64,000 nucleotides of DNA from an uncultured Myxococcales bacterium (GTDB lineage Bacteria > Myxococcota_A > Polyangia > Fen-1088): the NCBI GenBank assembly GCA_964589215.1, contig CAZPUH010000492.1, positions 10,221 to 74,220 of the forward strand. Direction: 5' to 3'. The notes beneath the pieces were generated by a model. It was given only the letters and a program-made list of their open reading frames with translations, searched no databases and had not been told where the DNA came from. A program made the translations under genes and the position numbers. This document shows, one piece after another, positions 49,739-56,500 of the stretch (within the stretch, counting starts at the first letter, position 1; every line of letters starts with the position of its first letter).

Positions 49739-49744
49739 TAAAAT

Positions 49745-50275
49745 TCAACCGGGGGCCGCGATTCTCGCGTAATGCGCGAGCAACAGAGCGTCGGCCCTGC
49801 CCAGCAGCAGCGCGCCGCGCGGTGTTCGCAGCTGGCCAGCCACAGAAGGATAAAGCTCAGTGGCGCGCACCAAGGCGGACTCGTCTCTCTTCGGCAGATC
49901 GCGTAGCAGCGCGCGCGTCCAGGTGACCGGGCTGACGAGTCGATGAGTCACCATCTTCGCCTCCAGAATCCCCAGCCACACGCCGTAATCGCGCCCGAAG
50001 CCGAAGGCGCCGGATATTCCCTGCTTCGGCATGGCATGCACGTCCTCGATCACGGCATCCAGGCCGCCCTCGCCGAGGACGATGGCCGCGGAGATGATGC
50101 TCACCATGCCGGCTCGATTGCAGCGGCGTCTGATCTTTGGGTTGCCGCCCTTCGTCTTGGCGCCCTTGCGGTCGACCGTCGTCGTGAACGGCGTGTCCCA
50201 AAACGTCACCCTGTCGCCTGGACGAATCAGCGCCACCGCCCCCGTCAGCCCAGGGTCGATCCCCAGCCAGCTCAC
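49745..50275 (-). CDS. RuvC-like Holliday junction resolvase
   Basis: VSWLGIDPGLTGAVALI... and VIEDVHAMPKQG...FGFGRDYG. GTGA overlap start at 50275. Confidence 0.65.
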   Translation of the reverse strand: MSWLGIDPGLTGAVALIRPGDRVTFWDTPFTTTVDRKGAKTKGGNPKIRRRCNRAGMVSIISAAIVLGEGGLDAVIEDVHAMPKQGISGAFGFGRDYGVWLGILEAKMVTHRLVSPVTWTRALLRDLPKRDESALVRATELYPSVAGQLRTPRGALLLGRADALLLAHYARIAAPG

Positions 50276-50583
50276 AGAGGCCACCAGCGCGGCGTGAGTT
50301 CCCGGCGCTCTTCGACCAGCCCGAGGATCGTGCCGTCCAGGAACGACGCCGCTACGTTCGCGATGATGCTGTCGCCGGCCGTCCAGATCCCGGTCAGCTC
50401 TCGATGCCTCAGCATCATGTCGAGCGAGACCGCCATCTCGTGCCGGCGCAGCTTTCGCACGTAGTCGTTCCAAAGCCAGACCGCCTCGTCCCACTGCTGA
50501 CGCGCGCTTGCCTCGACCGGAGGCGTTGCTTGTGGCTGTGGCGGCTGCGCGCCGGGATGATGGTTCCGTGCTGCCCAGGTCAT
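50272..50583 (-). CDS. hypothetical protein
   Basis: 103 aa. The class I motif ends 7 nt upstream. Confidence 0.6.
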   Translation of the reverse strand: MTWAARNHHPGAQPPQPQATPPVEASARQQWDEAVWLWNDYVRKLRRHEMAVSLDMMLRHRELTGIWTAGDSIIANVAASFLDGTILGLVEERRELTPRWWPL

Positions 50584-50589
50584 GCCCGG

Positions 50590-50600
50590 GATACTACGCG
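50590..50600 (-). promoter_or_regulatory. class I promoter-like motif CGCGTAGTATC
   Basis: Exact 11-mer. TAGTAT ends 7 nt before ATG 50583. It is preceded by the hairpin GCCGGGC-AGT-GCCCGGC. Confidence 0.6.
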
Positions 50601-50652
50601 CCGGGCACTGCCCGGCCTCAAGCGTTACGGCTCGTCGGCCATCGCCAGAGCA

Positions 50653-50970
50653 TCAACCTCGATCGGTCTCTGCCTGACGACGCCGCGCGAAGTCCTCGAG
50701 CTGACGAGCGAGTTCGTGGGCCGTGTCGCCGAAGTCCCTGAAAGCGGCCGCGGCACCGAAGACGTACGAGGCCCGACGCTCCTGGTCAAGCGACTCCCAT
50801 TCTCTTCGAACCGCGCGGACGCGATCGAGAGTGCGCAGAACAGTCCGCTCAAGCCCTCCCCAGGCTGATCCAACAGGGGAGTCAGGACGTCGTGCATCGA
50901 GGTCGATGGGGGTTGAGGTGTCATCGGCAGCATCTCCGCCAGGGGGCCGCGTTGTTTGATTCGTCGCCAT
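50653..50970 (-). CDS. hypothetical protein
   Basis: 105 aa. I chose this over the overlapping frame 50625..51071 because its sequence is protein-like, although its GC3 is lower. Confidence 0.4.
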   Translation of the reverse strand: MATNQTTRPPGGDAADDTSTPIDLDARRPDSPVGSAWGGLERTVLRTLDRVRAVRREWESLDQERRASYVFGAAAAFRDFGDTAHELARQLEDFARRRQAETDRG

Positions 50971-50973
50971 GGA

Positions 50974-51414
50974 TCAGCGAAGTGGCAAGCGCGACCGTTC
51001 GACTCGATCTGGCGCGAGTCGTTCCCCATCGCGTGCAGGCGAAGCTGGAGCTTCCACGCCGCGGTCCGCATAAAACGACCACGCGCGCCGCACGGTGTGC
51101 CAGATGGCTCCTGCGTTTTGCACGGCCTTCACCGTGCCGGTCACAATCACGCCGACGCTGCCCGCCACGGTGGCCGCGGTCTTCAGCTCGCTCGCGCGCC
51201 GTTCCCACCAGGCTGTCCAGCGCGGCCAGGCCGCCTGCCGACGCTCCCGGCGCGCGGCGGCCAGTATCGCCTTCTGCTGGGCCCTCTCCTCGCGCTCGCG
51301 CCGGCGGATGTCCGCCTGCTCGAGACGCTTCAGGTCCAGGAAGTCTTTCACCAGATGCCCGACCGGCGCCAGCGCGGACCACGGTCCGAGGGGGGCCGAA
51401 GCTGCGAGCGCCAT
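50974..51414 (-). CDS. hypothetical protein
   Basis: 146 aa. GC3 is high over the first ~110 codons. Confidence 0.5.
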   Translation of the reverse strand: MALAASAPLGPWSALAPVGHLVKDFLDLKRLEQADIRRREREERAQQKAILAAARRERRQAAWPRWTAWWERRASELKTAATVAGSVGVIVTGTVKAVQNAGAIWHTVRRAWSFYADRGVEAPASPARDGERLAPDRVERSRLPLR

Positions 51415-51446
51415 ACGCCATCATGCGTTCCGTTCTGGATCGCTGT

Positions 51447-51857
51447 CTAGACCTGCGGGGCCGCCTGACGGTCGAGCTTCGCCTGGAACTTCTCGTTTGA
51501 AGGCACGGGGTTGCGCGCCAGGAAGCCCATGACGATGCCCGCCAGGCCGACCAGATGGAACAGCACCGTCACGTGCGGGTGGGACAGCATCAGGGCGTTG
51601 AGCCAGACGCCGTGCACGGTCTGGGTGGCCGCGATCAGGAGTGACAGGTAACCGAGCTTCTGGGCGGTCGCGACCGATACCACGACGGGCTGGAACCCGA
51701 ACGTCATCAGCACGCCCCCAAGGGCCTCCAAGCACGAAATCCCGCCGGGAGACATCGCCAGCTGACCCGCCATCGCGGCGCCCGCGACGGCGCCGACCAG
51801 CAGCGCGACCAGCGACATGAAGACCTTGAACACCTTGGCCAGGAGCGTGAGGTTCAT
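51447..51857 (-). CDS. multi-pass membrane protein (holin candidate)
   Basis: 136 aa from ATG 51857, with 3-4 hydrophobic spans (VFMSLVALLVGAVAGAAMAG, GVLMTFGFQPVVV, LGYLSLLIAA, LFHLVGLAGIVMGFLA). Confidence 0.5.
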   Translation of the reverse strand: MNLTLLAKVFKVFMSLVALLVGAVAGAAMAGQLAMSPGGISCLEALGGVLMTFGFQPVVVSVATAQKLGYLSLLIAATQTVHGVWLNALMLSHPHVTVLFHLVGLAGIVMGFLARNPVPSNEKFQAKLDRQAAPQV

Positions 51858-51863
51858 GACGTC

Positions 51864-51893
51864 ATCGTGGCAGGCAAAAAAAGACTTCGTCAA
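51864..51893 (-). promoter_or_regulatory. class II promoter-like element TTGACG-N18-CACGAT, 6 nt before ATG 51857
   Basis: Lies in a 260-nt non-coding gap. The spacing implies a leaderless start. Confidence 0.35.
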
Positions 51894-52118
51894 GATGCCT
51901 GCGCCTTGCGTTTTGTTTCGGCGTGCTTATGGGGGCCGCCGCGCCTTGACGATGTCGGAGCGAGGCCCACGTTGGCGGAACGATGGAAACCGCGGCGTTC
52001 GACAGCATTCCGGATGAGCATCCCACCGTCCTGGAGCCGGACGAATTCGAGTGGGTCGGCTGCGGGCCAGCCCGCGGCGCCTACGAAGAGGCGGTCCGCG
52101 ACCGCCAGGTCGAGCTCC

Positions 52119-52508
52119 TCAGGTCAGATTGCCGGCCAGCAGGTACTCGATTCGCCCCTGGCCGATGATCTTGATGGCGGTCAGCTGATCGCCGGCGTTT
52201 TGCGCGCGAATCAGCAGGAGATCGGAGACGGGGATCACTTGGTCGGTGCCTGCGCCGGAGGTGAGCTTCACCACCAGGCTCTGCCCATCGACCGCGCGAA
52301 CCGCGAACACGCGGATCGCGGTGATCTGCTGACCTAGGTTCGGCAGGAAAGGTGAGCCGGTCGTGCCGTTGATGCTGGCCGCGCCCGCGTAGGCGGCGTC
52401 GTAGGTGCCCCGGAACGCCAGGTCCAGGGTCTGCATGAGCGCGGCGGCGTCCGTCGGCGGCGCGGGCGTCGAGTTGACGGTCCCGCTCATCGACACGTCA
52501 TACGACAT
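52119..52508 (-). CDS. hypothetical protein, paralog of 2644..3048
   Basis: 129 aa, MSYDVSMSGTVNSTPAPP...IPVSDLLLIRAQNAGDQLTAIKIIGQGRIEYLLAGNLT. Confidence 0.6.
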   Translation of the reverse strand: MSYDVSMSGTVNSTPAPPTDAAALMQTLDLAFRGTYDAAYAGAASINGTTGSPFLPNLGQQITAIRVFAVRAVDGQSLVVKLTSGAGTDQVIPVSDLLLIRAQNAGDQLTAIKIIGQGRIEYLLAGNLT

Positions 52509-52960
52509 CAGGACGGGCCCTTGGCCTGCAGGACGATCGTCGCGACTCCCGTGCCACCGGAGCCCGTGAACTTGATGCGAATGTACTTGAATTCGTAGAA
52601 GTCGATCGGGATCGGGAATGTCTGCGGCGAACCGGAGGCCGCCGGGGGGCTGGTCCCCAAGGTGTAGGTGCCCCACTTCGCATCCGAAGTCGGATCGTCT
52701 ACCCCCGGCGAGTAGTCGTTGCTGTACTGGATCGACCACGTCCCGCTTGCCGTTCCGGTGGTGCGGACGGCGTACCCGATGACGGTGAGCGTATCGACGC
52801 GGTAGGCGGTGCTCCTGACCGTCCCTCCGATCGTGATCTGCTCTTTGGCGTTGACGCTCGAGACATCGCCGGACCCGACCAGATGGGAAGCATGACCACC
52901 ACCGGTCGCGCACCCGAGCGCTGCGGCCAGACACCACGTGAGAACGGCGACACGGTTCAT
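52508..52960 (-). CDS. lipoprotein-like secreted beta-rich protein
   Basis: MNRVAVLTWCLAAALGCATGG. ATGA overlap with the Skp-like stop. Confidence 0.6.
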   Translation of the reverse strand: MNRVAVLTWCLAAALGCATGGGHASHLVGSGDVSSVNAKEQITIGGTVRSTAYRVDTLTVIGYAVRTTGTASGTWSIQYSNDYSPGVDDPTSDAKWGTYTLGTSPPAASGSPQTFPIPIDFYEFKYIRIKFTGSGGTGVATIVLQAKGPS

Positions 52961-53580
52961 TTCTTCGTCCCTTCCTTGGTGCCCATCTTCGCCGCATCCA
53001 GAGCGGCCTTCAACCTGGCCTCCGCCTCACCCTTTTCCTTCTGCAGCTTGGCGTTTTCCGCACGCAGCTGCTCCTCGTCTTTGCCTTCTCCTGCGTCGAG
53101 TCGGCGAACGATGTCCGCCGTGACGTCCAGCGCAGGAGATACGAACGCCGCCGCCCCACCGACAGGAACGATGGCGGACAGATGTCGCGCTCGTGCAATC
53201 ACCGGGAGGATGCGTTTTACACGGGCGTCGATTTGCTGGTAGTTCGCGTTCGCTCGCTGCTGATCCAGTTGCTGGTACTGCGCCAGAATCTGCTGCTGGT
53301 AGCGCTCCTTTGCCTCAGCTTCCTGGCACGCCTGAGTCTTACCTGCGATCGGCTGTCCCGCTGTCTTGGCGCATGCATCAGCGGCTTTCTTCGCGTCGTC
53401 CGCAGCGCGCCCGATCTCGCCGTTCCATTTGGCCTCGTCAGTCTTCAAAGCATCGGCAGCGGCCTTGCTGTCGGCGCAGTCTGCATGGACCTTCGCGAGA
53501 TCGTAGTAGACGCCCTCCGCTCGAGCGGCAACGGGCAGCAACAGCATGGCGGTGATGAGGAACACGACGATGCGCGGCAT
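52957..53580 (-). CDS. Skp/OmpH-like periplasmic chaperone
   Basis: Signal peptide MPRIVVFLITAMLLLPVAARA/EG, a Q-rich coiled-coil arm, and C-terminal ILPVIARARHLSAIVPVGG...DVTADIVRRLD typical of OmpH. GGAGA SD. Confidence 0.5.
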   Translation of the reverse strand: MPRIVVFLITAMLLLPVAARAEGVYYDLAKVHADCADSKAAADALKTDEAKWNGEIGRAADDAKKAADACAKTAGQPIAGKTQACQEAEAKERYQQQILAQYQQLDQQRANANYQQIDARVKRILPVIARARHLSAIVPVGGAAAFVSPALDVTADIVRRLDAGEGKDEEQLRAENAKLQKEKGEAEARLKAALDAAKMGTKEGTKK

Positions 53581-53593
53581 TGATGGTCTCCGT

Positions 53594-56500
53594 TCAGGGT
53601 ACGAGCAGGATAGAACACATCATATCCGGACAGTTCGACGTCGAGGGGTCGCAGTTGTTGGCGCTTCCGAGCCCAGTCAGATCCAGCCCCCACGTGTCAG
53701 AAGTAGATGAACCAGCGACTGAGACCGTTGAGAAATACGTCCCGTCCGGAGTACCGGACGCGAACGACAGATTCGCGCCCGTGTCGACACCGTTCCTCGC
53801 GGCCTTGAAGGTGTAGTTGCCACCCGTGATCGTGGCGTGCTCGTATTTGCACGACAGCGTGACCTTCGACGCCGCGACGCCAGTCGGATACTCGACCTGT
53901 GTGAAGCTGATGGAACCGAGGGGATTTAGAGAGTAGCCGCCCTGAACCAGCTCGCCGGCGTTCAGCAGCGTATAGAGCCGCGTCGTGTAGTACAGGCTCG
54001 CGACGAGAGCCGGAGAGACGCGAAGGAATCCTGTACCTGTCGCAGCCGTCACCACGCCACCCGCCGCCAGGTCGCCGAACGCGACCCCACCGCTGGCTAT
54101 GTGCAGGGCGTAGAGACCGAGCCCGTGAACGTTAGACGATGTCGGCGCACCGTCGATGTACAGGGTCGTCGCTTCGGTCAGTGCCGGAAGGCTGACGCCT
54201 GTGTAGAGCGGCGCGCCGATGCGCAGCGTTGACCAGATGCCGGAGGTCCGGCCAGCCGGGACGGTCGTGTTCGCAGGGCTGATCAAGAACAGCGTGTTGT
54301 CCGGTCCGTCCTCGAGACCACCACCACCGACAAAGAACTGCGCGTGGTCGAAGTTCGCGTTGTTCGTGTGGCCGACGACAAACGCTGCGTTCGTCGGCAG
54401 ACCGACGCCATTGATCCCTACCTGGTTCGCCAACGCGAGCTGGTTCGACCCGTTCACGGTGTGGTTCGCGTCGATCAGCAACGATGCGTTGGTCCGGAAT
54501 GGGCCGCCGCCGCTGTCGGCCGCGTGGAGCGGCGCCTGGAAGTTCAGCGTCGCCTCGTTCGTGACCGGTACGCCGTCGGACTCGACGACCTGGATCGTGT
54601 TCGTAAACGACGCCGCCGTGACACGTCCGTAGATGTCGACGGTTATGGTTGGCGTGACGTAGGTCCCGGCGGTGACACCGGAAGTGACCAGGCTCAGAAG
54701 CGGGTCCGCTGTCGTTCCGATGTTCACGATGCCGTTCGTTGCCGAGACCGAATGCACGTAGTCTGTCCCTGCCGAGGCAGGCACCAGGACGTGGCTGCCA
54801 TTGGTCTTGACGATGCTGTTCACCGCCACGCCGTCGTCTTCGATGTTCGTCGTGGCGAAGGTGGAACCGTCGTAGATCAGACCAGCGGATTCAGTGAACC
54901 CGCCGTTCGAGCCGCTGCCACGCGGGATTCGGTTGATCGACGCTGAGAAGATCCCCGGCGTAGATTGCCCACCGGATACGACGTTCATGAGTACGCCGTT
55001 CCCGATCAGACCGAGGTTGAACGCGCTGGTGCTGGTGCTACCGGTGACGATAGCTCCCTGGATCGTGATGTTGGGCGCCGTGCCGCCGGAAGAAAATATC
55101 GGCGCCGTCGCCGTCACGGCGGTTACCGTTCCGCCGCCCCCGCCCGATCCGTTTGTCGCTACGGTGATTCGACCGTGAGCGTCCCAAGTGATGTTGCAAT
55201 TCGTGCAGCTGCCGACGCCGATGATGTTGGAGAGCCGGGCATCTGGCAGGGTACCGGTTCCGAGATCAGATGCCGATCCGGACTGGGCCACGGCTGCCAG
55301 CGCCGCCCATCCATCCTCGCGCAGGAAGCGCGTGGTGCCGGCTATCGAACCAGGATCTGGCACCGCGCCGCGGGCATGCGATGGTCCGCTGGCGACGAAA
55401 TCGCTGATCCCCAGCGTGCGGTCGGCGGAAAGATCTCCGCCGCCGGTCAAAGGCGGAGCCGTCGCGATCGTCCTCGTGGCGGGGACCTTGCTGGCCAGAT
55501 CGCTAACGAGATTCTGGACGACGCTTTCGGTGATGGTGCCGAATCCCAGCGACGATCCGGACTCACGCAGGACGCCGCCAGAACCGGCCGCGACGGGGAT
55601 GTCCGCCCAGTTCCCCGTGCTGTTGCTTGAGCGACCCGGGATGGACAGGGGTCCGCCCTGCTGAAGGAACGGATAGGTGACGCCGTTGGCGTCCAAAGCC
55701 CATGTGCGGTTCGCAGACAGGTCATGGGGCGCGTGGTCACCGCCGATGCTGATGGGTGCCGTACCCTGCACCGTGCGCGAGCTCGGCGTGAGCCCCGTCG
55801 TGTTGATGATGGGGTTTCCGGCAACGCCATCGGGATTCGTGATCGTGATGGTGCCATCGGTGTTGGTCAGGGTGCGGTTGGTTGTGGTGCCGACACCGGT
55901 TCGGATCACGAAGCCGTTCCCCCCTGTGTCCGGGAGATAGGTCGTTGTGTCGACCACCAGGCGGTCGCTGGTCGCGTTCACGTGTCCGGTTCCGAGCCCC
56001 GTAATCGACGTCCCCGCGGTGGAGACCGTCAGGGGCGCCCACGTCGAGCTGCCGACCTTGTTACCGCAGGCGTCGACGATGCCGGCCGATGCCTGCGCCC
56101 ACGTCACGATCGTCCCCGTGCAGAGGCGGAGGTCACCAAGGGTGCCGGTGACGGTCGGCTGCGTGACCAGCACGATCGTCGTGCTGAACGCCCCCGTGAG
56201 GTCGACGCCGACGTCGGTGTTTCCGGCGCTGCCGCTGACGAGGTTCAGCATCGTGACCCAGGACTGCCCGGAGATCTTGATCGCCGGATGCGCGCCGGCC
56301 TGGGTCGCGACGATCGCGCCGAGCGTGCCGTTCATGGAGTTCATTGACAGGGCGGCCGGCTGTGCCCCATCGCTGATGATGCGCAACGGCCGCTCGCCGA
56401 TCGCGGATGCGCCGCCGAGGGTCACGCCTGCAAAGCTGCCAGCTTGTTTGCCGCCGATCGCGAGCCTAGGGTAAACGACCGCGCCGTCGCCAACGTAGAA

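Noticed and set aside
50625-51071. Alternative frame overlapping 50653..50970 with higher GC3.
   Set aside because: Its translation is S/R/T-rich and off-frame-like (TRSVGPRTSSVPRPLSGTSATRPTNSLVSSRTSRG). I kept the other frame, at only modest confidence. This needs a coding-potential calculation.
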